From Neoechinorhynchus agilis (Eukaryota; Animalia; Acanthocephala): a stretch of DNA of 64,000 nucleotides. Location: assembly GCA_051530055.1 (NCBI GenBank), contig CM121341.1, positions 18,144,784-18,208,783 of the forward strand, written 5' to 3'. A program made the translations under genes and the position numbers. The notes below the pieces were generated by a model. The model searched no databases, was not told the DNA's origin, and worked only from the letters and a program-made list of their open reading frames with translations. Below, in pieces: positions 1 to 12,379 of this stretch. The stretch's first letter is position 1, and each line of letters opens with the position of its first letter.

Positions 1-333
1 GAATTTATCTCCTGCTACTGGAAACCGAATCGAGAAGTAATATGCGTTTTCTTTAATTTTAATGAACTTTTGTATAGATACTTAATTAAACAAATGCTGA
101 TTTCTTATTGGAAAGCAGACGAACGAGTCCGCTATCAGGCATTGAGGCCCATTCTAAGTGTCCTTGAATTTGAAGAGGGTGAAATGGAAGCCGTATTTAA
201 CGATTCGTTAAGATCTGAGGTATATGATATCGCTTTTCAATAGTGACCGCTTAAAAAATCATTTCTTTGAACCTTATAGTCGATCGGTCAGATGCTAATA
301 AAATATGTTGACCAGGAGCCGAATAATAGGTGA
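1..333 (+). CDS. 3' end (partial) of a GMAP-210/TRIP11(Rud3)-like golgin: GRAB domain + GA1 motif; exons ~1-36, 78-219, 280-333
   Basis: GT-AG joins give ...IEKYLIKQMLISYWKADERVRYQALRPILSVLEFEEGEMEAVFNDSLRSE-SIGQMLIKYVDQEPNNR*, which resembles the recalled TRIP11 GRAB ([40 protein letters not shown]) and GA1 (SFSELFVKFLETES) motifs. Confidence 0.55.
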
Positions 334-789
334 TCTTGTGTATGATGATGTGTAAAGCGAATGTTTAACCAATTAAAGTTTGAAGTACCGAACATTAAAT
401 CTTCTTTGACTTAAAAGGGGTAGAGAATGTGTTCTCTCGAACGGTTTACAAATTCTCACAAAAACAGTATAAGGAAGTGTGCTAAATCCAAAAATGTATC
501 GTATGTTATCACTAATAATCGCAATTGTTCTAACGATTCAATTTGGCTAAACAATCGAATCGGTTGCAAATGAAGTATTGTTGATGGTATAAAAGGTGGG
601 AAGGAATCAACTTTCTATAAATGAAGAATTTTCCTCCTTAGAAGATACCTGATTTACCAAAAAACTTTTAGATTTTTATCTTCAGGGGAAAATATACTTT
701 CTTTTGGTAGTTATACACACCCGGATGTAAATTCCTATATTTATTGTCGATATTTCGTCGGATAATTCCGACATTATCAAGACCTATCA

Positions 790-2935
790 TTGATTGTAAG
801 TTTTTAAATGAATACACTTGCTCGTGCGTCGCCGGTCGTTTCTCTCAATTCCTTCGAGAGATCCTGGAGCACAGTGAGTGCCAAGCTGCCAAGCGCTCCA
901 TACGTTTCTACTCCGAAGGGGACAAAATAGTGGGCCCTTGCTAATTCCCTATATTTTCGTACCTTCCTCCCTTCCGCTGCACTGGCTGCACCTCCAGGGA
1001 TTTTGAGAGTTTAGAATGTTGCTTACTGCGAGGGTGTCCACACACGTGGCGTCCCAGAGAAGGTATTTGTTCTCTCGCCACGAAAAGACCGAAATTCCGT
1101 CAGGCCGACGACCGTCTAATCGACAAAGATGGACGGGTTCCAAGATGTTGGGGAAGTTCGCCGTTTTAAACACCCAAGAAATTACACTATTGATCTCAGA
1201 ATGGCGTGAGAACCTTCCTCATGACTTTCGGCAAACGAGGACGTGTCGCCCGAAAGTATCAACCAAAGACCCACATCATCGGGAGACCAAGCCTTAAGGA
1301 CACTGCAATCCTCGTTATCTCATCAGTGATAAGAGTTCCCACAGATGCCAGAGGAACAGCCTCCAACCACGCCCCCGATTCTCGTGTCGAAACTGTTAAC
1401 AATCTAGCTCGGATGGCCTCATCGCTAGAAGCTAAAAGTAGAGAGCTGTGAGCTCTCGCGACGAGAAGTCTGTCCCAGGTCGACTGTCCGAGGCCATTCA
1501 CGGTAACATGGTTAGCGGCTTTCTGCTGGCACCAATCTTCAACTGCCACCAAAAAGTCATGGTCAAGACAAAACGTTTCCCTCAGAATTATCTTCGCTAT
1601 CGGTTGACTCCTCTCATACGATCCAAGAAAGGCTGGCAAGGCAAGGTCTACTAGCGCCCAAGTGCCCAATACCCCCAGATGACACAGGCAATGAAGCTTG
1701 TCGCAACGCCTCATCGGAGAGCTGGGCATTTAAAATGCGACCTTGTCGTCGAGCTTAGCCAATCCTTCCTTATGTTTGAAGAATGTTGCCGTGCGAACAA
1801 TTTCGGGATAAAGAGTGCGTTCTTTATCAGAAATAAAGCTTCGTGAGCCGAGAGAGCGCTCACCCTATCGCACAATATGATACGGCCGATCTCAGCTTCC
1901 ACATTTGAATCAAAGACACAGCTACCAAGGAGGCTGAGTTGCTCTGGAGTCACAAGTTTCAGACCTTTAGCTGCGGCCTCGAACCCATCCATTAGACTAG
2001 GAGCTCACACTATCAGCATTGAGCTCAATGCCCATTCTCGAGGTCTCCCTAAGCAGCGTCTCCAAATCGCGCAGAACAACGGAGGGATCACATCTGAGTG
2101 TAGCGTCATCCAAGTACCAAGCGTTGAAGCTGGGATGGAGAGAGTGCGCTATTGGATTTATTGTTACTGAGAATGCGATTAGTCCGAGAGGATCTCCTTG
2201 CTGCACTCCTCTTTCGGACCAAATGAGGCGGTCTTCGAAAAGCAAAGGATTCGCGGTCCCGTAGGCATTGAGAAAATAATGTAAGGCTTCTGGTGCATGA
2301 TCCCTAATTGTGCAGAACATGCTTTCTCTATTGAGAGAGTTAAAGGCATTCTGAAAATCACACTTGAGAATCACGCACGGCTCTGAACTCCTCGTAGTAA
2401 AATTTCGGAGCATGTGGACAATAGCTTCCGCCTCGCAGGATGTGCAGCATCCCAGTTGGACTGGGTGAAGTTGCTGTCCGTTTTTCTCTGTGATACGTTT
2501 ACAGATAATTTTTCCCGCAAGGCGGCATATCGTCGAAGATACGGCCAAGAGACGAATCCCACCTTCTTTTTTGTAAGGGCACATAATGATGCTCCGAAAA
2601 ATAGGTCTTTTGCAACGGGATTCAGGTACTCTCGAGTCAGGCGGTCCACTAACCGAGAAAGCACACTTTCTAGCGAGAGCTACTTCACCAGTTGTAAAGG
2701 ACATCATGTCCTTTAGGTGCTGAGGCCTTAGCCCGTCAAGCCCATGGCCCGAACCATTTACAAAAGACGAGATGACCTTTTTTAACTCTGAAATTTGGGT
2801 TGGTAGTCCTGTCTTGTGTGGGAGGGGTGGAATTTCAAAGCTGCCACTACCGCATGGGTGTTTTGACCGGAGTATTTGTAGTGTCGCGTTGTCTCCTTGC
2901 GCAAAACACTAACGAGCGATTCTTTTGACCGGCTA
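790..2935 (-). mobile_element. CRE-clade non-LTR retrotransposon, 5'-truncated and frameshifted (RT + Zn-finger region + REL endonuclease)
   Basis: Minus-strand pieces: SFVNGSGHGLDGLRPQHLKDM, KCDFQNAFNS, GVQQGDPLG, WYLDD, RIAVSLRLGLP, RPDG..WDATCVDT, FVPFGVETYG; GC content is higher than the flanks. Confidence 0.85.
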
Positions 2936-3509
2936 ACCTCATCTGATTATTGAGTTCCCAATGACTTTATATTTACTAATGTCTACAATACCAAAAAGAC
3001 AAGTTACGTCTATAGTATAAAAACAAAATTAAATCGTTTTTAAGAATGATGTAAATGAGCTGTAATAAATTAGCAGCGTAAAAGTAAAGTGAACAGGAAA
3101 GTTCCACCGACGTAAAGTGCCACGAATACCCCGATTTATAAATGGACTAGATAAAACGAAGAACAACAACGGAAATATTTGTGATAAATGTAATTGTAAA
3201 CCTATTGAAATTTTGAATAATTCACGGAATTTAGACGTGAAACGTTAAGATGAATGGACGAATTGAATTGAGTGATTAAATTTTATTAAGCATGAATACA
3301 CCACGGAAATTGTATTTTATCGGGTAAAATCGAAAAGAAATTACATGAGTAAGCGAGAAATTCGAATATTCCATCGAAGAGAGAAAACTTATCCAGTTCA
3401 ACTACGAGTGCAATAAACAAAGATTTGAGATTTTTTTCAATTTAGAATCAGTATCTAAATTTTTGCACGCAAACTAAGAGGCGCATCAAAATTCATACTT
3501 ATAAAACGC

Positions 3510-3782
3510 TCATTTTCCCAGAATGCCAGAGTGATTAGATGCATATTCATGAGAAGGCCATAAAGGTAACATTTGTCTGAAAGAATAAATAACAAATTAC
3601 GTCGCTCGATATGAAGCTGTCGAAAATTCCATTCTTTTAAAGGTGCAATGGGTTCACTTCTCTTTACCACCTTTCATTGCTGCTGCGTGGAACTTTTACA
3701 AGCGGTTCGACGACTGATTTCATCGTACTTTCCACTTCTTCAATTTTGGTAAGAGAATTCTTTTTTACTGTTGATGATTCCT
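3510..3782 (-). CDS. Possible 3' exons of an unassigned multi-exon gene
   Basis: Three short exons join in frame through GT-AG sites (...EESSTVKKNSLTKIEEVESTMKSVVEPLVKVPRSSNER/MEFSTASYRAT/QMLPLWPSHEYASNHSGILGK*); no family recognised. Confidence 0.3.
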
Positions 3783-4102
3783 CTGTTTAGATTGCATAAA
3801 CTGATGCTTAGAAATATAAGACCACTGAGCAATTTCTGGATGCTTAAAATGCAGAAACGCGTAAGATATACGAAATTACTTTTTTGGAATTTTTAAACCC
3901 TTTCGTCTGAACGAGAGTTTAAAGTTAATTTTATTCGAGTGTTGAAGTTTGGGCCCTATGCGATATCGAAATTTCGCATAAAACACTGAAGTTTTTGGAT
4001 GATCTACCTTTGAATTTTAAATACGAAATATCCGAAGATTATCAAAAATGTCGTATATCATTGTCTTCGGGGTGAATTTGATTGTACGTTGCCAAATCCT
4101 GC

Positions 4103-4215
4103 CCCCGGTGTTGTCGTTACGTCGTAAACACTTGCAAACAATAGAGACTGAAAAGGCAAGGAAAACCTTGCAAAATATTTCTCAAATAAAAAAATGAATA
4201 ACGACAACACCGGGG
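4103..4215. mobile_element. Small MITE-like element with 17-bp terminal inverted repeats
   Basis: CCCCGGTGTTGTCGTTA (4103-4119) and its perfect reverse complement TAACGACAACACCGGGG (4199-4215) flank an AT-rich core; no TSD recognised. Confidence 0.55.
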
Positions 4216-5121
4216 AGGGGTTCAATCTTTTTTAGAGTGATTCTTTGATATTTGCTGATCTCCTACCGTTAGTGATACCATTATTTTGTATATGAGTATT
4301 TCATTTGCTCTTATCGATAAAGACTATGATTTAGGAATAAGAACCTTGTACTCTTTATCTGGAGAATTGAAAAATCATCCATGGATTTCAATCTACGTAG
4401 TAACTGAACTAAATCCCAGCGTCTTCCTTTTCTAACCGCGTTGTGCCGTTTTTAAAGTTTGAATTTTTGATATCATTTTTTAAACATTATCTCAATATCT
4501 TTAGTTGAAAACAAAATCTTTTTGCGAGTATGATTAATCGCAAAGAGGAATAGTATTTAGCAGTCGGCATTTATCCTTAGTTCCTGATCGTTATCGTTAA
4601 CAAGGTTTTTTTAAAATTGTTTCGGTTTTATTAGTTCTTTTTCGAAAAGAATGAAAACCCGCTATACTGTAATGTCTAAACAGAGAACGCATTGTGCGAC
4701 GCTACAAAGTTGAGAATGCTTAGTTTTATTAATTCGATTCTATTACGAAGAGTACACGACTAATCTTACTAATGGTTACGATATGACGACAGCATGCAAA
4801 ACATCCAATTCGGCGATTTGCCACATTAGTGACGAGACTTGTTTTTAATCATAAATTATTTCTGCCAATGAATGCTATATTTTATCGTGTTTATCAGCAA
4901 TTTGCATCTCCGCCTACGACGTTTTGTCTTGGTTTTTCTCGTTGCTGCTTTAGAAAGACGAAATAACTCATATCGCAATTTCCGGCTTGCTTTCGCAAAT
5001 GTCTTCGACTTTGCACTTGTGACTCGGCGTCAATAACTCTGATCTAGCTCTGCGTAAATGCTTGACTCCCTCTTTTCGTGGGTTATTCCTAATCGTTCAA
5101 TCTTTAAAGTTTTTTACTTAG

Positions 5122-5903
5122 ATGAAGCAAGATATCGCGGGTGCTGTTTCTTCGATTCTATTATCATGCGATTCAACACAAGTCAAGCACATGAATAATA
5201 TGATTCTTGAAGTTGATTCTCAAGACAATCCTATCGGTCCACTTAGTAAACTCGAATCACATATAGTATCTAAAAAAAGCAAACAAGCTCCTCTTCATAG
5301 AGCATTCAGTGTGTTTATGTTCAAACGTCGTCCAAACGATCATTATGAACTATTGCTTCAAAAGAGATCTCTAAAGAAAATCACATTCCCGGACTGCTGG
5401 ACAAATACCTGCTGCTCCCATCCATCCTATGACTCAATGTGCTCTATCCAAAACAGTCCGGATTATGAAGTGAGAAAAGAAGCCGTTAAGCGACTGGAAT
5501 ACGAACTTAATATAAATAATGTTCAAGTAGAAGATCTTTTTTTTATGGGTAGAGTTCATTATTCCGCAAAATCCAACGGTCCACATGACGTATTTGGTGA
5601 ACATGAGATAATTCCGAATGGTCCTGGTGCAGTGGGGCTAATTTGACCAGAATCCTTTGTGATTGACTAGATTATGTTTACTGCATGGTAGTAGATGGCA
5701 CTGACAAAGATGTTGAACCGAACAAAGAAGAAGTGAGCGATATCAAATGGGTTACTCTTGATAATGTACATGCAATTTTGGATGATCCTAACAGCCTTGT
5801 TAGTCCATGGTTTGAGCGAATCGTTCGCGGGTATCTCAAGGATTGGTGGCCTCCGTTGAGGCCGAAACAAGTACAAGATGAACCAATATTTGAGCTTGAT
5901 TGA
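5122..5903 (+). CDS. IDI1: Isopentenyl-diphosphate delta-isomerase (type 1, Nudix fold), two coding exons
   Basis: Motifs LHRAFSVF, LLLQKRS..KITFPDCWTNTCCSHP, FGEHEI/DYV, EPNKEEV, SPWF; intron between about 5611 and 5670. Confidence 0.93.
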
Positions 5904-6137
5904 GCACGCGATGAAAAAATAATCTATATTCATTAGCTCATTTTAATTCTGCCTAACAGGTTCAGGGTCATGAAAACATGCGACTTGAGATGATAATTCG
6001 TTGAATCTAGATGAATTTATCAAGTATTCAAAATGGTGAACGGCATCAGGCTCACTTAGTGCAAAATTCCTAAGCGTTGTGTATTTTAAAATATTAAATT
6101 TTAATCATCGATAGAAAATCCTACGGGTTAATCAAAG

Positions 6138-6302
6138 TATACTTTTGGTGAAAGTAATCCCGGTCATAACCTATTTTATTTATTTGAGATATTTCGCGGG
6201 GTAACCTTGAGCTAGCAATGACTGATGAAGCGAGGTTACCTCGCGAAATATCTCAAATAAATCAAATAGGCCATGACTAGGACTACTTTCACCAAAAGTA
6301 TA
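6138..6302. mobile_element. Fold-back element (~70-bp arms, ~25-nt spacer, TA at both ends) carrying a hammerhead-like motif
   Basis: Left arm TATACTTTTGGTGAAAGTA...GAGATATTTCGCGGGGTAACCT is reverse-complementary to right arm AGGTTACCTCGCGAAATATCTC...TACTTTCACCAAAAGTATA. Confidence 0.8.
6219..6261 (+). ncRNA. Minimal type I hammerhead ribozyme motif (HHR-1)
   Basis: tga-CTGATGA-A-[gcgagg tta cctcgc]-GAAA-TA-TC-tca-AATAAA: intact core, 6-bp helix II, palindromic ATAT at helix III, AUC triplet, 3-bp helix I. Confidence 0.6.
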
Positions 6303-6562
6303 TTAAATTTTGAAGTTACATGATCTCCTGTGACAAAATTTGATGACGGTTAACACATAGTCGTTGTTAAGAAGATGAAATGGAGCACTTAGTTCGTTCC
6401 AAAAACCTGCTGATTGAGTCCTTCTTTTTAACATATTTGAGCACTATGCAATTGACACGAAAAATATTGTGGCGTTATCCATCTTTTGCGGGTACATTAT
6501 CCGATAGCGTTTCCTTTGTTATCCAAGGACACATTTCTAAATGTTTGAAGATTGAATTGTTC

Positions 6563-6775
6563 ATGTTTGTATCTGGCTTAAAAATTAAACGAGTTTATTG
6601 ATTCCAATGTTTCGGCACAATCTTGTACGCGTTTATCAAGGTTGTTTCGCAAGTTTGTAAGTTTGTAGACATTGAAGCAACAAACTTGCGAAACAACCCT
6701 TATAAACGCGTACAAGATTGTGCTGAAATATTGGAATCAATAAACTCGTTTAATTTTTAAGCCAGATACAAACAT
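6563..6775. repeat. Long inverted repeat / fold-back (~96-bp arms, 21-nt spacer)
   Basis: ATGTTTGTATCTGGCTTAAAAATTAAACGAG...CGCAAGTTTGT (6563-6658) pairs with ACAAACTTGCG...AGCCAGATACAAACAT (6680-6775) with few mismatches. Confidence 0.85.
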
Positions 6776-7763
6776 TTCTAAATACAATTTTATATGAAAT
6801 GTTTTAGAATTGGGATTTTCTTTTCAAGTCCACAAATATTAATACCGAAATTGCATAATTGTTAATTCGAAGGAGCATGAAGCTATCTAAGATTGTGGAA
6901 TACTGCTTAAGAATGAAAGATGTTTGGTTTATGAATATAAATTGCGAAGATACACGTATCTTCGCCATAAAGTCATATTCGGTTCTTGAGACCTCGTTCT
7001 TTATCGTGCCTATTAATTCAAATCAATTATAACACAAAATTATGTACAAATGAGCACCATATTGAATATCGAATGCAGAATAAAAATCTAATTAATGTCC
7101 AACAATCCACAATGTACGTAAATCGCATAGGTCGCTTTTTTATTTTATCAATTTGGATTAAAGGAAAACGACATTTATTCCATTTTTACTCGAAAATCTT
7201 CACTTTAAAACGTCAAAAAGAATTCCTATTCTGAGCATATTAACGATCAATCGTTAGAACCCTTTTCCGATTAAAATAAACATTGGAAATAGACAGTAGA
7301 ATATTCTAAAGTCGAAAAATAGACCACGAGATATTCGATATCGTCCCGTTATACCAGCAATTCCAATCCAGAATTCTTAGTGGAATCTTTAGGTATTCTT
7401 CTTACGATACAATGTCGTTAGCCCACAGAAGAAACTTGTTCTGATTGGCTCAAAAAAAGTCATTGTACATTCGAACTTTTAAATTGCGTCGATTTGAACT
7501 GTACAGTCGTGAAGATTTACGGTTTTTGATTTTCTACTGATAATTTTATGTCATTTGTGACGGTCTTCGAGATTTAAATCAACGAGATTCCTTAATTCTG
7601 ATTTTACGTTGAAATAATCGAAATAATTGGCAAATTTTATTGAAGATTTGCCGAAAACAACCACTAGTGTTCGTTTTTTACGTCGGATTTTGCTAGATCG
7701 ATCAAAAGAATGATTTTACCCTTAACATTTAAGTATCATAATCTGTATTTACAAACGAAGAGT

Positions 7764-10700
7764 ATGGCTGAACGCCGAAAGCTTCAACGTTAGTTCGGAC
7801 TTCTTATTTCACCGATTGATCAAAAGTTGTTTTAGTTGAGATAGACAGAGTACTAAAGAAGATATCTGAAGGTGTAGATAATTTCGAGGATACATGGAAA
7901 AAGGTGAAGGTGTTTAATACCTCATTTTCCAATCAAAGTTTTCGACAGGCTCAGTCTACATCGAATCAAAGTCAAAAGGATAAATTTGAGCAGGAAATGA
8001 AAAAGGAGATAAAAAAGTTACAGGTTTACGCTCCTGTGTTGACGATTCTTGCGCTCAAGAGTCGATGTCTATGTAGAGATTACGAGATCAGGTGAAAAAC
8101 TGGTTAGCCTCTAACGAGGTCAAGGACAAAGAACCGTTGCTCGATTCCCGTCGACTTATTGAGAATGTAAGTTTTTGTGTTTGAAGAAGTTGTGATCAGT
8201 TTTCCTTTAAACACCTATCACATCCATTTGGTTCTCCGTGGAAGAGTATTAAAATCATCCTAATCGAAACTTTTCAACTGTTTCAAAGAAAGATTACTAA
8301 AGTGCTTTAATTTAAACAATGCGATACAATTCTATATTTTGTGAGAGAAAAAACAAAGTTATAACTAAAGTTGAAATATATTTTACCAAAAGACTGCTCT
8401 TGGCTATCAAGGTCTTTTGAGAGTCGTAAAAGATTACGTAAATTCATCGTTCATTGGATAACTGAAGTTATTGAACAAAACTTCAACTCAACACGGTGAA
8501 AAGGAATATAAAAATTAATTTTGTCTTGGCTTTAACATATTCCAATGATTTGATTGCGTGATTTAGTTAATGGAAAGGTTTAAAGTTGTCGAGAAGGAAT
8601 CGAAGACAAAGGCGTACAGTAAAGAAGGCCTCGGTGCATGTCAAAAACTTGATCCCCAAGAAAAAGAAAAGGAGGATGCGATTTTATGGATAACGGTGAT
8701 TAGTTAAATAAAATTACTTACTTAAATATCGAATTTATAGGAAGCTATTAAAAGGATGAAGCAGAATACGGAACTTCTTGAAGGCCAGAGTGAATCGATG
8801 AATGTAAGAGGTGGAAAGAAGAAAAAGAAAGAAGACGTGAGTTTTAATTACAAAATGAACATCGCACTTATTTTTTCGGCGTAGAAACAAACGACTAATC
8901 GTCTGAACGAGTTAAAAGAATTGATTGGTCGTAACACTCAACACATGGAAGGTCTTGAACGTGCTCTAAGATTGGTCGATAACGATGCGATCGACATGAA
9001 GAGAGTAAACGAACTTCATGATGATGTTGATTTATATTTGAACGATGGCCCAGATCATGACTATGAGGACGATGATCTGCTTTATCAGGAGGTGTCCTTT
9101 GAAGAAGGTATAAACTGTACAATTTGCAGAATGCGTTCAAAGCAAAAGGTGGCCACCTTTGCCCTTTGCTAACTATTTAAATTGAAGAATAATCGTTTAT
9201 GCGAAAATCAACACTTTAAGAGGGCCTTCAAAATTCTCACAGGTTTTAAATACGTGTATTCACGCGTACTCGGATAACTTTTTTGAAACACAAACTGTTT
9301 AGGGTGTTATTTGGGTTTGCTGATAAGCACTAGGTCTTTCAAAGGGTAACGTAATTGGCCATCAATCATATAGAATAAGCCCTATCTAGGCCAAGCTTTT
9401 AAGGAGTATTTTGGAAATCTAATCCCGATGAGTAGTGATTTTTGCTTCGTTTCAATTCTAGATTGAATATTCTTTAAAGAAACTTTCGTTTTTAATATAT
9501 TACTGTTTTCACTCAACCTGAATTAAAGTCTTCAATTTAAAGATCCCTTAAGACCGATTGATTCGGTCCAAACAACGACCAACATTTCCACTGTCGATAT
9601 CCGTGCGAATCGAAGAAGTGAAAGTGATGACTATCAAAGTACGAACGCATCGATCCAGTCCAAACAAGGAGCAAACACAAAACATCGAATTCTGTAAGTC
9701 ATTTATGAGGGGCAATATACTTGTATAACCAATTCGCTCCGCAAAAAGTTCTCACCCGCCACTCGCATTGTCGACCACGACCATCCCACCACCACCACCA
9801 CTACCACCAACGACAACTACTACTAAGCAATTGCGAACGAGCGTGGCGCTCAAACCACAATTACCCAGTCGTCAAGTGTCCGCTACGCTTGAGGGTTCAT
9901 CGTCGTCCATGTCATTTTCTGGTTGTCAACGGCATTTTACGGGTGTGCCAGGAATGAGTACAAGTCTTCAGTCATTGTCTCAAACGACTGATAAATCGTC
10001 CTCATATGCATGGAAAGGAATGGAACACACTAGACGATCAGTTGATTCGGTCGTAAAGGAAGCAGAAGATAATCCATGGACTAGTCCGGTTACTGTCAAA
10101 AGAGATCGAAGCGAGAGTTCTACCAGCCTAAGAGTTCGGACTCCATCTCAGATGAAAATCGACACTGAAATACCCGAAGTTCCTGTTCAAGAAATCGAAC
10201 AAGTTAGTTCAAATCAAACAGATGAATCTCAGGAATCTGAATGTGAACCAAAAGCAATTCAGGTGATTCAAGAAAAGAGTGAAGATGACAACGGAGAGTC
10301 GAGAGGTTTCAATAGAAAACTGTTACTTCAAGGAGCCATTGAATCCTTCAAACAATTACCTTCCATGTACAATCATGATTTTAACAGGTATGTTTGAGGG
10401 TCCACTCTTCGAACATGTCTTAAAAATCTTTGTCGTTTTTTGTAAACCTCGCATTTCATTAATTTAACCCCTTTCGTCTCTTTTATTAGTCAGTCTTTCC
10501 CTTCACTGCTTTTCCCCGTTTCCTTTAAATAATTCCCCCTCTTTAACTTTCCGGCTTAACAGACTCACTTTTTTCATCTTTAATTTTTCTCTATTTCTCA
10601 GTCTATCTCTGCATTCCCACTTCTTATGTCGCTTCCCTCCTCTAATAATCCCGTTTCCAGCTCTCCTAATTTCCTTAATCCCGTTTCCAGCTCTCCTAAT

Positions 10701-11618
10701 TTCCTAACCGTCCTTCCGAACTTCTCCCCTCCCAAATTTCTTCGTTTTCTCGTTTCATTCCTCCCATGTGTGATCACGATATTCGGAGAGCCTTTGGATT
10801 ATCTCTACTTATTGTAAAATATTAAGATTTATACTTAATCCTATTGTATGCACACTTTCTTACTGACCTTAAGAATCTTTCTATAAAAAGTGAACCATTT
10901 TTACTGAGGTATTTGCTAGGCCTTATAACTGACTACTGGCTGTTCTGACTCCGCTCTTTGACTTGTCACGGGCACGACGATTTAAAAAGTAATTTTTAAT
11001 GATAGTTTCTTGCAATATTATGCTTCATAGTCGAGTTTCGTATTTCAAATCAAATTCGTAAAGGCTTTTTTTGTTTTAAACTCGAAAAGACGAAGAAAAA
11101 TGTAGCATATGACTTTCATTCTTCGAAAATTGATTTTTAACTCAATAATATTTTGCAATCTTAACAGGTCACCAATAGGTCGACTACCGATTCTTTATCC
11201 AAACAAAGTTCTAAACTTCCCTGATCCACAAATCGAAAAGTACGAGCAGTTTGTAGAATTGAGTACGGCTACTCTTTTCTTCATCTTTTACCACCAAGAA
11301 GTGAGTACACGAATCTTCACATTTTTACTAAATTCTTATTTCGATAGGGCACTCTGGCTCAATACTTCGCTGCAAAAGTACTTAAGTCGAGGTCCTGGAG
11401 ATTTCACACCGAACTCAGGATGTGGTTTCAGAGACATGATGACCCTTCTTTGCTCTGTGAGGAATACGAGGAGGTGAGGCTTTATTTTAATCTTAATTGT
11501 CTTACCTAAATGATTTTAACAGGGTGACTACATTTACTTTGACCACAATTCGTGGGTTCAAAAGCGGTGGAACAATTTCAAGTTTGAGTACAGAGCTCTG
11601 GAGGATAAGGATTTATGA
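7764..11618 (+). CDS. CNOT3: CCR4-NOT complex subunit 3 (Not3 N-terminal coiled coil, low-complexity linker, NOT2/3/5 C-terminal box), ~12 exons
   Basis: Spliced N-terminus [76 protein letters not shown]; C-terminus [49 protein letters not shown]; all inferred introns GT-AG. Confidence 0.93.
10649..10708 (+). repeat. 30-bp tandem duplication inside a C/T-rich tract in a CNOT3 intron
   Basis: aatcccgtttccagctctcctaatttcct(t/a) occurs twice in tandem. Confidence 0.7.
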
Positions 11619-12379
11619 CGAATTAGATGTTTATCATCGAATTGTTAGATTATTTCACCCCATGAATCTCGTTAGATCAATTTCGATAAAACAATTTTGT
11701 TCTGTTTTTTACGGTGTTTAACGCTAAAATTATTGAGTGTTTGCATAGAGAAAATAAAAGGAAGTAAATATTTTGATTTTATCATTGTGTCAAAACGATT
11801 TATCTTAAACAATTTGTACAAACTTTTTTATCTAAAAGTTCCGATCCGTGTTAACCCAGATTCTGAGCTCTCTTCTAAAAGGGTGTTTATTAAAAGATTT
11901 GTAACTACAAATCAGAAACAGAAAAATGGAAAATTAATTACTGTTGTCACTGCTCATTTCCAGAAAATCCTTTTGGGATTCTTTAAGAGATTAAAAATCG
12001 GCGATAAACGTTCGCCTCAGTACATTGAGGTAACCGGCACAACTATCAAGTGTAGCAATTCCAAGAAGCAATCCTATTTTCTAATGTCGGTGAATGTTGG
12101 TTTAAACGGTCGGCAGAGATCGCTTCAACCCTGCAAACATAATTCTTTTTTTAGGTTAAGACCTACAATGAAATGCTATAGTCAATTATCGCATTACATA
12201 AATTTAAGAAAATACGAGACGTCCGTCATATATCTTTAAATTAAAACGCAAAGTAGCTCTCATGTTAACTCATTCGACTATCTGTATTCATACTTCTTAT
12301 GCTTAGACTTTAAAAATTTAAGACAAAAAATTGCACACTATGAAGTTTTGTACTTTTTCTGTAAGATAATATCTTAATA

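Noticed and set aside
1016-2716. Plus-strand ORFs over the CRE element, and antisense ORFs over AFG2A, NDUFS2, ARP2, CYCS and other CRE copies
   Set aside because: Antisense or shadow frames of recognised coding sequence.
5608-5667. U12-type AT-AC intron in IDI1
   Set aside because: The 5' end lacks the RTATCCT consensus, and AT-AC excision creates an in-frame TAG.
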